Assembly: GCA_964424945.1 (NCBI GenBank)
Contig: CAYRLB010000001.1
Coordinates: 7,047 to 71,046 of the forward strand
Origin: an uncultured Gemmatimonas sp.
Lineage (GTDB): Bacteria; Gemmatimonadota; Gemmatimonadetes; Longimicrobiales; Longimicrobiaceae
Direction of reading: 5' to 3'
Length of the DNA stretch: 64,000 nt
The notes below the pieces were generated by a model that was not told the origin of the DNA, searched no databases, and saw only the letters and a program-made list of their open reading frames with translations. Positions 9,443 through 18,193 of the stretch are shown here, piece after piece. How positions within the stretch are numbered: the stretch's first letter is position 1; every line of letters starts with the position of its first letter. The position numbers and the translations under genes were made by a program.

Positions 9443-9898
9443 ATGAGAGTAGCCAATACGGGGGATAAAGTCCGGATTCATTTTACAGGTAAGCTGCGCG
9501 ACGGGACGGTCGTAGGTACATCGCGCGAGGAAGCGCCGCTCGAGTTCACTCTGGGTCGCCGCGAGGTGATGCGCGGCCTGGAGGATCTCGTTCAGGGAAT
9601 GCGGTCGGGGGAGGTCAGGAAAGCCTTTCTCCCCGCGGATCTGGCGCACGGCCGCCACCGCAACGACCTGATCCTCGCGGTCGGTCTGGATCGGTTTCCA
9701 TCCCACATCGATCCATATACCGGCCTGGAGCTGAAGATGCGAAGGCAGGGACAGGCTCCAACCGTTGTTCGTGTCCTCGCGACCACGGCAGATACGGTTC
9801 TTCTCGACACGAACCATCCGCTGGCGGGAAAAGACCTCGATGTGGAGGTCGAGCTTCTCGACATCGTTGAGCAGGAAAGTGGTGCCGTGTGCGGCTAA
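9443..9898 (+). CDS. FKBP-type peptidyl-prolyl cis-trans isomerase (SlyD-like)
   Basis: 'VRIHFTGKLRDGTVVGTS...PLEFTLGRREVMRGLEDLVQGM' and C-terminal 'HPLAGKDLDVEVELLDI'. GGAGG ribosome-binding site upstream. Confidence 0.85.
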   Translation: MRVANTGDKVRIHFTGKLRDGTVVGTSREEAPLEFTLGRREVMRGLEDLVQGMRSGEVRKAFLPADLAHGRHRNDLILAVGLDRFPSHIDPYTGLELKMRRQGQAPTVVRVLATTADTVLLDTNHPLAGKDLDVEVELLDIVEQESGAVCG

Positions 9899-9919
9899 TC
9901 TAGTGGGGTCGGAACGTCA

Positions 9920-9962
9920 GTAACGGGCGGTGGCAGGGTGCCACCGCCCGTTACTTTTTTTG
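9920..9962 (+). terminator. Rho-independent terminator after the FKBP gene
   Basis: Perfect 15-bp stem GTAACGGGCGGTGGC / GCCACCGCCCGTTAC, 5-nt loop, then T7. Confidence 0.85.
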
Positions 9963-10063
9963 TGGTTTTTCTTAGGCGCGGCTAACATTCCAGTCGTATA
10001 GCCTGTATTCCTGAGAACATTCCGGCCCGCCGCACGCCCTCGCCGATCCCATACATCGATCCT

Positions 10064-11461
10064 ATGACGCGTTTACTGCAGCGCTTCGTGAACATCGAGC
10101 GGGAAGAAGTCGTTCCCGCCCTCCTCGCGGCTTTCTTCTTCTTCTGTCTGCTTACCGCGCTGATGCTGCTGCGGCCGGTTCGCGAATCACTCGGGATGCA
10201 GAGCGGCCTCGATGCAGTCCGCATCCTGTTCTACGGGACCGCGGTGGTGACCCTTCTCGCGAATCCACCCTTCGCCTACATGGTGAGCCGGTTCCCCCGA
10301 CTCACTTTTATCACGGCGACCTACCTCTTCTTCGCCGCGAGTCTGCTCTGCTTCTGGGGGCTGCTTGTATTTGCGCCGGCTGCCATCGGCGAGGTGAGCG
10401 GCCGCGTCTTCTACGTCTGGTACAGCGTCTTCAACCTCTTCGTCACGATGGTGTTCTGGGGGTTGATGGCTGACCGCTTCTCTCTGCCCCAGAGCAAGCG
10501 GCTGTTCGGTGTCATCGCCGTGGGGGGGACGGCGGGAGCGATCCTCGGGCCGATGCTGGCGGCGCTCCTGGCGGAGCCGCTCGGAACCGCAAGCCTCCTT
10601 CTGATCTCCGTCGGCTTCCTGATCCTCGGCGTCATCACCGCCTGGATACTGGCGCGGCATCAGCCGGATCGCGCGAAAGGGTTGACCCAGCCCTCTTCGG
10701 TGACGGCGAAGCGGGCGGAGATCGCCTCCACCGCCGAGAAAGCGGATCCGGTTGCGCGAGTCGGAGAAAACGCTGCCCCGCCGAGCAGCGAAAGTGCGAT
10801 CATCGGGGGGAACGCCTGGGCGGGATTCCGTGCAGTCATGCGGTCGAAGTACCTGCTCGGGATCTCGGCGTATGTTCTGATCCTGGCTGTCGTCTCGACC
10901 TTCCTCTACTTCACCCGGCTCGCGATGGTCGCCGACCTGGGCGTCAATCGCGATGAGATGACGGCCGTCTTCGCGCAGATCGATATGACGGTCCAGATCG
11001 CAACGCTGCTGCTGCAGCTCCTGGTCGCGGGCAATCTCATGAAGCGGGTTGGCGTTCCAGTCACCCTCACGCTCCTTCCGATCACGGTGGCGCTCGGCTT
11101 CATCGGGCTGGCGATCGTTGCATCTCTCGCGGCACTCGTCGTCTTCGACGCGGCATTCCGTGCGGTCCAGCGCGCCATCATGCGTCCCGCGCGGGAGACG
11201 CTCTTCACCGTGGTCAGCAGGGAGGACAAGTACAAGTCGAAGGCGTTCACGGACACCTTCGTGTACCGCGCCGGAGATGTGCTGGGGTCGCGAACCGAGG
11301 AGATTCTCACTGGGCTCGGTTCAGGGCTGCTGGCACTGGCGAGCTTCTCGGTCCCGATGGCGATCATCTGGGGAGCGCTCGGCTACTGGCTGGGCACGAG
11401 CCAGCAGCGGATCGCGCGGGAGCGGGGAATCCCGGAGTCGGACGAGGCGCAAGCCGCCTGA
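10064..11461 (+). CDS. MFS-type transporter resembling the ATP:ADP antiporter (TLC/AAA) family
   Basis: Multi-pass hydrophobic protein. N-terminus 'EEVVPALLAAFFFFCLLTALMLLRPVRESLGM' fits my recollection of the TLC-family first-helix pattern. Family assignment is tentative. Confidence 0.65.
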   Translation: MTRLLQRFVNIEREEVVPALLAAFFFFCLLTALMLLRPVRESLGMQSGLDAVRILFYGTAVVTLLANPPFAYMVSRFPRLTFITATYLFFAASLLCFWGLLVFAPAAIGEVSGRVFYVWYSVFNLFVTMVFWGLMADRFSLPQSKRLFGVIAVGGTAGAILGPMLAALLAEPLGTASLLLISVGFLILGVITAWILARHQPDRAKGLTQPSSVTAKRAEIASTAEKADPVARVGENAAPPSSESAIIGGNAWAGFRAVMRSKYLLGISAYVLILAVVSTFLYFTRLAMVADLGVNRDEMTAVFAQIDMTVQIATLLLQLLVAGNLMKRVGVPVTLTLLPITVALGFIGLAIVASLAALVVFDAAFRAVQRAIMRPARETLFTVVSREDKYKSKAFTDTFVYRAGDVLGSRTEEILTGLGSGLLALASFSVPMAIIWGALGYWLGTSQQRIARERGIPESDEAQAA

Positions 11462-11483
11462 AGCCGAAGGCGGCGTCAGAAAA

Positions 11484-12512
11484 CTAGAACATCTCGAGTG
11501 CGCTCGTCCCTTCGGAGATGACCTGGGCGAGCGTGCACGCCTCCGGATTCTTGTCGGGCCGCCAGCGAAGGAACTTCGTACCGTGACGGAAGCGATCGCC
11601 GCTGAAGTGGTCGTACTGGACTTCGACCACGATGACCGGATCGATGGGCTCCCACTCGTTCTCGCCTTCTGTTCGCCAGCGGGACGGCCCGCCTGGCGCC
11701 CGGCCCGAAAAGCCTGCGCCGCCCTTTAGTGGCACCAGCTTCTCCTCGACTTCGGCCCGGCGATCCCGGCTGAAGGCCGAGCAGAAGCCGACGTGGTGAA
11801 GGAGGCCTTTTTCGTCGTGCAGCCCGAGCAGCATCGAACCGAGACCACCCCCCTTTCCCCAGCGGAACCCTCCCACGACGCATTCAGCCGTCCGCATCTT
11901 CTTGACCTTCACCATGCCCGTCCGGTTGCCGCTCTGATAGGGCATCTCCGTGCGCTTGGCGATCACGCCGTCGAGGCCGGGGTGGTTTGCCGCCAGCCAC
12001 TTCCGGGCAGCAGCCAGTTCGGCCGTCGAGGGGGACAGGCGGAGCCGACCATCTTCCGTGAAGTGCCGGTCGGCGAACGCCTCCAGAATCCCCCGTCGCT
12101 CGCGAAGGGGACGGGCGGTCAGATCCCGATCCTTCTCCGCGAGAATGTCGAAGACGACGAACAGGGCAGGCGTTTCCTTCGCCAGCTTCGTAACGCGCGA
12201 GGCCGCAGGATGGATCCGCTGAAGAAGATCATCGAAAGACAGCTTCCCGCCGATGGGGATGACGATTTCTCCGTCGAGCACGAAGCCGCCCTTGCTGCGG
12301 GGAAGGCTCTCGATGAGCGCAACGACATCGGGGAAGTAGCGCGTCAAAGGTTTCCCCCCCTTCGACCGGAGTTCGATTCCGTCGCCGGTACTGAACGCGA
12401 GGCAGCGGAAGCCATCCCACTTCGGTTCGTAGATCCATTCGTCACCTGCAGGAAGGTCGGCGGCGAGCTTCGCTTCCATCGGCTCGAAATCGAGCGGGAG
12501 GGGGAAGGTCAT
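11484..12512 (-). CDS. ATP-dependent DNA ligase (stand-alone LigD ligase-domain type)
   Basis: Adenylation motif I 'EPKWDGFR'. Start taken at 'MTFPLPL', 2 nt after the stop of the polymerase-domain gene. Confidence 0.9.
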   Translation of the reverse strand: MTFPLPLDFEPMEAKLAADLPAGDEWIYEPKWDGFRCLAFSTGDGIELRSKGGKPLTRYFPDVVALIESLPRSKGGFVLDGEIVIPIGGKLSFDDLLQRIHPAASRVTKLAKETPALFVVFDILAEKDRDLTARPLRERRGILEAFADRHFTEDGRLRLSPSTAELAAARKWLAANHPGLDGVIAKRTEMPYQSGNRTGMVKVKKMRTAECVVGGFRWGKGGGLGSMLLGLHDEKGLLHHVGFCSAFSRDRRAEVEEKLVPLKGGAGFSGRAPGGPSRWRTEGENEWEPIDPVIVVEVQYDHFSGDRFRHGTKFLRWRPDKNPEACTLAQVISEGTSALEMF

Positions 12513-12514
12513 CG

Positions 12515-13480
12515 TCAGATGTGGCTCATGAGGTCGAAACGGCCGCGGTTCCAGAGAACCTTTCGCCAGAGGTCGCCCTTCTCGGCTACCCGGGCGGGCA
12601 TGGTGCGTACGTCGAAGGCTTCGAGCTCTATCCCCTGCTCGATTTCGTTCCACGATACGGGGGCGGACACTGTGGCGAGGGGCCGGGCGCGCACGGAGTA
12701 CACGGACGCGAGCGTCCGTCCCCATGCATTCTGGTTGTAATCCACGAGCACCCGGCCCGCGGGTCGTTTCGCGATCCGGTACTCCGCCGTGACGAGGTCG
12801 GATGCAGCCTCCGCAAGATCTTGGGACAGAGCCTTCGCAAAAGTCCAGACCTGCTTCTGCAGCGGCCCCCTGCGAATTGGAACGTAGATATGGATGCCCT
12901 TCGACCCGCTCGTCTTCGCGTAGGAGCGTGCCCCTATCGCATCGAGACGTTCCTTCACCAGAATGGCGACCTTCCGGACGTCGGAAAAGGACGCGGGAGC
13001 GACCGGATCCAGGTCGAAGTTGATGATGTCCGGTCGGTCGACGTCGTCACAACGGGAGTACCAGGGATTGAGGTCGATGCACCCCAGGTTGACCACCCAG
13101 AAGAGCGCCGCCTGGTCCTGAATCATTGGAAAATCAATGATGTTTCCCGACGCGTGCTCGATTTGACACCTCTGGAGCCAGTCGGGGGCTCCAGCCGGGG
13201 TGCGCTTCATGAAGAAGTGCTCACCCCTCAGCCCCTGCGGGTAGCGCTTCATCACCATGGCACGGTCCCGGAGGTGAGGGAGGAGAACCCGCCCGATCGC
13301 GGCGTAATATCGAAGCAGATCCCGTTTCGTGATTCCCTGATCGGGGAAGAGCACCTTCGAGAGACTCGTCAGACGGACCCGTCGGCGACCGACCCGGATA
13401 ATGGCCGTCTCCCTGTCATCGGGGATCTGAGGAGGCTGGAGATCTGATGCATTGGCGGACGTCGTCCTGGACGCGCTCAT
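12515..13480 (-). CDS. LigD-type primase-polymerase domain protein (NHEJ polymerase)
   Basis: 'LSKVLFPDQGITKRDLLRYY', 'MKRYPQGL', 'TSGSKGIHIYVPI'. The in-frame upstream extension is Arg-rich and looks non-coding. Start at 13480 overlaps the upstream stop (ATGA). Confidence 0.85.
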   Translation of the reverse strand: MSASRTTSANASDLQPPQIPDDRETAIIRVGRRRVRLTSLSKVLFPDQGITKRDLLRYYAAIGRVLLPHLRDRAMVMKRYPQGLRGEHFFMKRTPAGAPDWLQRCQIEHASGNIIDFPMIQDQAALFWVVNLGCIDLNPWYSRCDDVDRPDIINFDLDPVAPASFSDVRKVAILVKERLDAIGARSYAKTSGSKGIHIYVPIRRGPLQKQVWTFAKALSQDLAEAASDLVTAEYRIAKRPAGRVLVDYNQNAWGRTLASVYSVRARPLATVSAPVSWNEIEQGIELEAFDVRTMPARVAEKGDLWRKVLWNRGRFDLMSHI

Positions 13481-14160
13481 CGGCTGCCTCCGGCGCGAAG
13501 CTGTGCGGCGAGGGACCTTGGGGCGCCGCGGGCGCCTACATATTCGACCTCCCGGCCCGCGGCGGCGGCACGGAGGAGAATCGATCCTCGCGACATGTCT
13601 CCCCGGCCAATGAAGTCGACCGGGAAGCAGAGGCGATCTCCGAGAATCGACAGAAGTGGGTCGAGGTACTTCGGCGTTGCGATGCTGCCGAGAAATACGA
13701 CCCGCGTATCGTCCGGCAGATCTGCGTTCAGCCTCCGCAGATCCTTCTCGAGCGGCTTCTGGTAGGCCGGATTTCCCGGTCCGACCGACACGGCGGCAAA
13801 TCCGCGCAGGTCCTCGATCGTCACTCTCGTGGAGGCCGGCATCAGGCCACATCCGGCGGTAATCACCAGAGGTTCCACCCCTCCGGGCTCCGACTGCGAG
13901 CCGCCGAAGCGTTCCGCATAGCGGAGCTTTCCGCGAAAGTAGAGCCCGCTGAGGAAGGAGAAGACCTCGCCGAGGGGAGCCCCGGGCGCGGTTCGGATGC
14001 GGGCGGCCAGGTCGAACATCGTTGCCGGCTGGAATAGCGTGCCCGCCCGCCGGCCACTGCAGTTCGCGGGAGACAGGATGAAGATGGTGTTCGCGGGCCT
14101 GGGGGGCGCTTCCATCCGCGTCCGTTCTGGCTGTGAAGTTGAGGGCTGAGGGAGGGGCAT
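13477..14160 (-). CDS. Conserved-looking hypothetical protein, first gene of the polymerase/ligase operon
   Basis: Coding-like codon usage in this frame only. ATGA overlap with the polymerase gene. Motifs 'IFILSPANCSGRRAGTLF' and 'DFIGRGDMSRGSILLRAA'. No family recognised. Start may be the Met at 14115. Confidence 0.6.
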   Translation of the reverse strand: MPLPQPSTSQPERTRMEAPPRPANTIFILSPANCSGRRAGTLFQPATMFDLAARIRTAPGAPLGEVFSFLSGLYFRGKLRYAERFGGSQSEPGGVEPLVITAGCGLMPASTRVTIEDLRGFAAVSVGPGNPAYQKPLEKDLRRLNADLPDDTRVVFLGSIATPKYLDPLLSILGDRLCFPVDFIGRGDMSRGSILLRAAAAGREVEYVGARGAPRSLAAQLRAGGSR

Positions 14161-14477
14161 CTCGGTTCGCCGCTCGGTGACAGGAATCAGGCGCGTCCTC
14201 GCCGCACATCCTCCGCATCAGGGGAGGCGGGCACCGGATTCAGGCGCGCGACTTCCACCTCGTGGTGTCTCCCCACCCCGGTGCCTGAGCACGTGGCTGC
14301 GGAGTGTGGCCGGCCGCACTTGCATCAGCGCCAAGCGAGTGCCGTGCCGGGCGCTTTCAGCCCTGCCGCCGAGCCGCCGTGACGGGCCCGGTCGGCTCAC
14401 TCCTTGCGGTTTCGTGAAGCGGCAGAACCTCTTCCCCGGGGCATCGGGATTCCCTCAACCGCTGGACGAAGAACGCC

Positions 14478-15596
14478 ATGATTTCAAAGCACGATCTCGA
14501 GCGGATTCTTTCCCAGGACACGGGCAATGGCGATATCCTGTCCATCTTCCTCGATATGTCGGTGAACTCCGACAACAAGCGAACGCACCGGGTTTTTCTG
14601 AATCAGCGGAGGGCGCAGTTCGCGGAGCTCGGCTCTTCGAAAGCTACACGCGACGAGATCGAGGCTGCGATCGATCGGGTCGAGGAATGGCTCGAGGAGG
14701 AGTACGACGAGGCGAACCGCGGGGTCGTCATCTACACCGCGCTCAATGGTGATGATTTCGATGCCTTCCAGTTCCCGGTTCCCGTTCCGAACCGGATTGT
14801 CGTTGGCGAGCGCCCGGCGGTTGCTCCGCTCGCCCAGGTCATCGAAAGCTTCGAGCACTATGGCGTCGTTCTGCTCGATCGGGAGCATGTTCGCATCCTC
14901 AGCGTGTATCTCGGCGCGCTGCTCGACGAAATCGAAGTGCACGCGGATCCTCTTCCCGCGGCGCACGACATCCAGGTCGGCGGCTATTCGCAGATGCGTT
15001 ACCAGCGGCGCAAACAGGAGGAGATGCGCCACTTCTTCAAGGAGTTTGCGCGGGAGGTCGATGACTTCTGTCGCAAGTTCCGGCCTAACGACCTGATTAT
15101 CCTCGGCACCGACGAGAATGTCGCGCGCTTTCGCGAATTCCTTCCCGAATCGGTGCAGAACAAGATCCTCTTCACCGGTCCGATGCGGGTTGGTGAGCCG
15201 GCGACGGAGGTTCTGTCGCGCATCGAGCCGCATCTCCAGGAGCTTCGCGAGCGGGAAAGCCAGGAGGTTCTGCAGGAGCTGCGCGGTCGTGTCCGGGAGG
15301 ATTATCTTGCTACCGCAGGCTTCCAGAGCACGCTCGTCGCGCTTCAGGAGGGTAAGGTCGATACACTGGTCATCGCACGGGATCAGAGTCGCGAAGGAAC
15401 GCGGTGCGCGCAGTGCGGCTTCATCTTCGGGAGGGAGGTGGAGCGCTGCCCGTACGACGGATCTTCCGCCGAACCCGGCATCGACGTCGTCGAGGAGGCG
15501 ATCCGGCTGGCCGAAGCACAGGGTGCCAACATCGAATTCGTGGGGGGCGGCGACGTCGGCGACCTCGCGGGAGTGGGCGCCCTTCTACGCTACTGA
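14478..15596 (+). CDS. Bacterial archaeo-eukaryotic release factor (eRF1/Pelota/Vms1-like, baeRF1) family protein
   Basis: N-terminus 'GDILSIFLDMSVNSDN'. Central 'GGYSQMRYQRRKQEEMRHFFKEFAR' aligns with my recollection of the eRF1 GGQ segment (about '[25 protein letters not shown]'). C-terminal 'TLVALQEGKVDTLVI' and zinc-ribbon 'CAQCG...CPYDG'. Confidence 0.7.
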   Translation: MISKHDLERILSQDTGNGDILSIFLDMSVNSDNKRTHRVFLNQRRAQFAELGSSKATRDEIEAAIDRVEEWLEEEYDEANRGVVIYTALNGDDFDAFQFPVPVPNRIVVGERPAVAPLAQVIESFEHYGVVLLDREHVRILSVYLGALLDEIEVHADPLPAAHDIQVGGYSQMRYQRRKQEEMRHFFKEFAREVDDFCRKFRPNDLIILGTDENVARFREFLPESVQNKILFTGPMRVGEPATEVLSRIEPHLQELRERESQEVLQELRGRVREDYLATAGFQSTLVALQEGKVDTLVIARDQSREGTRCAQCGFIFGREVERCPYDGSSAEPGIDVVEEAIRLAEAQGANIEFVGGGDVGDLAGVGALLRY

Positions 15597-15780
15597 CGGT
15601 GCGATCGCAGGCTGCCGGGAGCCTGGCGCCTGCGGCTGTTCCTTCTCAGCGATAGCCGGACTTAGTGCGACGAACCGCGCCTTCGGCCACACGCCAGAAG
15701 CGCCGGAAAGCTGAGTTCGAAGGGAGCGTCGCCCGGGCGTGGAGCGTCGCCGGTGAAGTAGCGATCTGCAGATCGTTACT

Positions 15781-16533
15781 TCAGGGTCGGCGCTGATCCG
15801 CCGGCGCGGCGCCAAGCACCGCACTCGCGTACCCGTTGCCCGGGTCCAGGCCCGCTGCAATCAGACGATCGACAGTCGTCGGGCCGCGGTTGTACGCCAG
15901 AAGAGCCAGTCGTACATCGCCGTCATAACGCGTGAGCAGCGTTCTGAAGAAGCGGAAGCCGAGCCGCAGATTCGTTCTTCGATCGAAGATCTGCTGTCGG
16001 GTGATGCCGGGTGAAAGCGCCTGGGCGGTTGCCGGCATCAGCTGAGTGAGTCCGAGCGCACCGACCGGGCTCACCGCCCGTGGGTTGAAGGAGCTCTCCA
16101 CCCGTACGAGGTCGAACGCGAGCTGGGGATCGATGCCTTCCGCGAGGGCGATGTCCTCGATGTCCATCGCCAGATCGGCCCCGATCCCGTACCGCGTCGA
16201 TACCTGAACCGCCTTCTCGAGCCGATCGATCGCTGCCTGCTGGATCTCAAGCTCCCCCCGAAGGCGCTCATTCAGATCCTGGAGGCCTAGGGCGTTCGCG
16301 CGGATCTCTGCGCGCGCGAGGAAGCCTGCCGAAGAATCGACCGAACGCGCCCCCGCCTCGAAGGCAATCACGGAGAAGAAGAGGACCCAGGCCCCGGTCT
16401 TGAGAAGTGAAGGTCCTTCCGGGCGGCGCTGTTTGCGCGCTTCGACGTCATTCTGGAGCCGTGTCAGCAGCGCTTCCACATAGCCGGGGCGTACGGCCGC
16501 CGTTTCAGCGGAAGCTGAAGACACCTGGCTCAT
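15781..16533 (-). CDS. Lytic transglycosylase (SLT domain)
   Basis: 'VESSFNPRAVSPVGALGLTQLMPATA'. Start at 16533 gives an ATGA overlap with the moaC stop. Confidence 0.8.
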   Translation of the reverse strand: MSQVSSASAETAAVRPGYVEALLTRLQNDVEARKQRRPEGPSLLKTGAWVLFFSVIAFEAGARSVDSSAGFLARAEIRANALGLQDLNERLRGELEIQQAAIDRLEKAVQVSTRYGIGADLAMDIEDIALAEGIDPQLAFDLVRVESSFNPRAVSPVGALGLTQLMPATAQALSPGITRQQIFDRRTNLRLGFRFFRTLLTRYDGDVRLALLAYNRGPTTVDRLIAAGLDPGNGYASAVLGAAPADQRRP

Positions 16534-17021
16534 GACTGGTCCTGCGTTGCCGTCCAAATTCCGCTCTTACCCCCTTCCTTGCGAAGCAGACGGATAGGGC
16601 CGATCGCCATTCCGCGATCGTGCGACTTGCACATGTCATAGACCGTCAGAAGCGCTGCGGAAACCGCCGTCAGCGCCTCCATCTCGACCCCGGTCCGATC
16701 CCGCACCTCCGCCGTGGCCACCGCGCGGACACCCGGCAGCGACAGATCCACCTCGAGCGTCACCGAAAGCGCAGAGAGCGGGATCGGGTGGCAGAGGGGA
16801 ATGAGGTCCGCGGTCCGCTTCGCTCCCGTAATCCCTGCCAGTTCGGCGACGATGAGTACGTTGCCCTTCTTCGTCTTCCCGTCCCTGATCGCGCGCGCTG
16901 TTTCCGGCGTCATCGTGATGATGCCCTCCGCGGTGGCGCTCCGGAAGGTGACCTCCTTTCCGCCGACATCGACCATCCGGGGTCGACCATCTGCGTCCAG
17001 GTGGGTGAAATCGGCGCTCAT
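16530..17021 (-). CDS. moaC: Cyclic pyranopterin monophosphate synthase
   Basis: 'PRMVDVGGKEVTFRSATAEG', 'GAKRTADLIPLCHP', 'TGVEMEALTAVSAALLTVYDM'. Confidence 0.9.
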   Translation of the reverse strand: MSADFTHLDADGRPRMVDVGGKEVTFRSATAEGIITMTPETARAIRDGKTKKGNVLIVAELAGITGAKRTADLIPLCHPIPLSALSVTLEVDLSLPGVRAVATAEVRDRTGVEMEALTAVSAALLTVYDMCKSHDRGMAIGPIRLLRKEGGKSGIWTATQDQS

Positions 17022-18193
17022 CGGGCAGCTCGTACCTTCGAGGTGAGTGAAGCCGGCATCAGGTCAGCCTGGATTTCCGCCAGCAGGACCGCGACGATCA
17101 GCTGCGGGTTGACGTTGCCGAGGGCGAGCTCGCGTGCTCCATCGACGCGGGCGAGTGCCGTCATGACGCCATGTGCATCGACATCCCGCTTCTCGACCAT
17201 TCTCCGGAGGATCGGCAGGGCTGCAGGATCGGTGACATGGTTGTCGGCCCCGCTCACCACCGCCAGCAGGTCGCGAAGCCATTCACCAAGGGACTCCAGT
17301 TCCCCGACGAGTTCCGCGCGTGCCCCGGCTGGGCGGTGTTCGTGGGCGATCGCCAGGCGTGCTACCGGCCCCTCCGAAAGGGCCGCCACGAGCAGGTCAC
17401 GGCCTGCCTTCCGTTCAGAGTCCGTGCCGTCGCGACCTCCGGCGGAAGCGAGCTGAATCGCGCGCCGCACGGAGCCGCGTGCAAGACGGGCGATCCGGTC
17501 GGCATCCGCTTTTTCGGCAGCAGGCACATCTTGTAGCAGAGCAACGATTTCCGCTTCCGGTACGCTCCCCGTCCGCAGGCTCAGGACTCGCGAGATGATG
17601 GTCGGGAGCATCGCCCCCGGCGCTGAGGAGGTCAGGATTATCGTGGTTTCGGTGGGGGGCTCCTCGAGGAGCTTCAGGAAGGCGTTCGCAGCCTCCTGCG
17701 AGGCCTCCTGCGGGACCATCAGCTCCGCATCACCGATGACGAATACCTTTCGACTGCCGGAAACAGGCCGCATCGATGCGAGCTGCTGCATCGTACGGAC
17801 GGATGCGAGATAGTGCGCGGCCGCCTTCTCCCACTCCGGCTGATGAAAAGGGTTTTCCCGCCATCGCTGCAGCTCGCCGCCGCGCACTTCCTCGAGCTTT
17901 TCCCGTAGCTTCTCCGGTGAGGAGGCGTCGGGGCGGGGCAGGGGAAAGAACCAGTGGACGTCGGTGTGCCCCAGCCGAAGAACGAGCTGACAGGGGCGAC
18001 ATTGACCGCAAGGTTCCGCTCCCGGATCCTCACAAACGAGAAGCTGTGCCAGCCAGAGACCGAGGCGCTCCTTGCCGATTCCCCGTGGCCCGGTGATGAG
18101 AATCGATTGCGGCAAGGTGCCGGAAGACCGCGCCGTTGCGAGGAGCTGGCGGACGTCGTGGTGGCCGGCGAGCGGGGGAAGGGAGGTGCTCAT
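17018..18193 (-). CDS. holB: DNA polymerase III subunit delta'
   Basis: Walker-like 'ITGPRGIGKERL', zinc module 'CGQCRPC', 'VFVIGDAELM'. Confidence 0.85.
   Translation of the reverse strand: MSTSLPPLAGHHDVRQLLATARSSGTLPQSILITGPRGIGKERLGLWLAQLLVCEDPGAEPCGQCRPCQLVLRLGHTDVHWFFPLPRPDASSPEKLREKLEEVRGGELQRWRENPFHQPEWEKAAAHYLASVRTMQQLASMRPVSGSRKVFVIGDAELMVPQEASQEAANAFLKLLEEPPTETTIILTSSAPGAMLPTIISRVLSLRTGSVPEAEIVALLQDVPAAEKADADRIARLARGSVRRAIQLASAGGRDGTDSERKAGRDLLVAALSEGPVARLAIAHEHRPAGARAELVGELESLGEWLRDLLAVVSGADNHVTDPAALPILRRMVEKRDVDAHGVMTALARVDGARELALGNVNPQLIVAVLLAEIQADLMPASLTSKVRAAR

Noticed and set aside
13481-14218. In-frame N-terminal extension of the LigD polymerase ORF (567-aa version)
   Set aside because: The extension is Arg/Pro-rich with no domain. 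A different frame in the same region has much better codon usage and ends in an ATGA overlap with the internal polymerase start.
15749-15770. 22-nt near-palindrome GTAGCGATCTGCAGATCGTTAC next to the lytic transglycosylase stop
   Set aside because: It has no U-tract, and on the transcribed (minus) strand the wobble position becomes an A-C mismatch. It is too weak to call a terminator.
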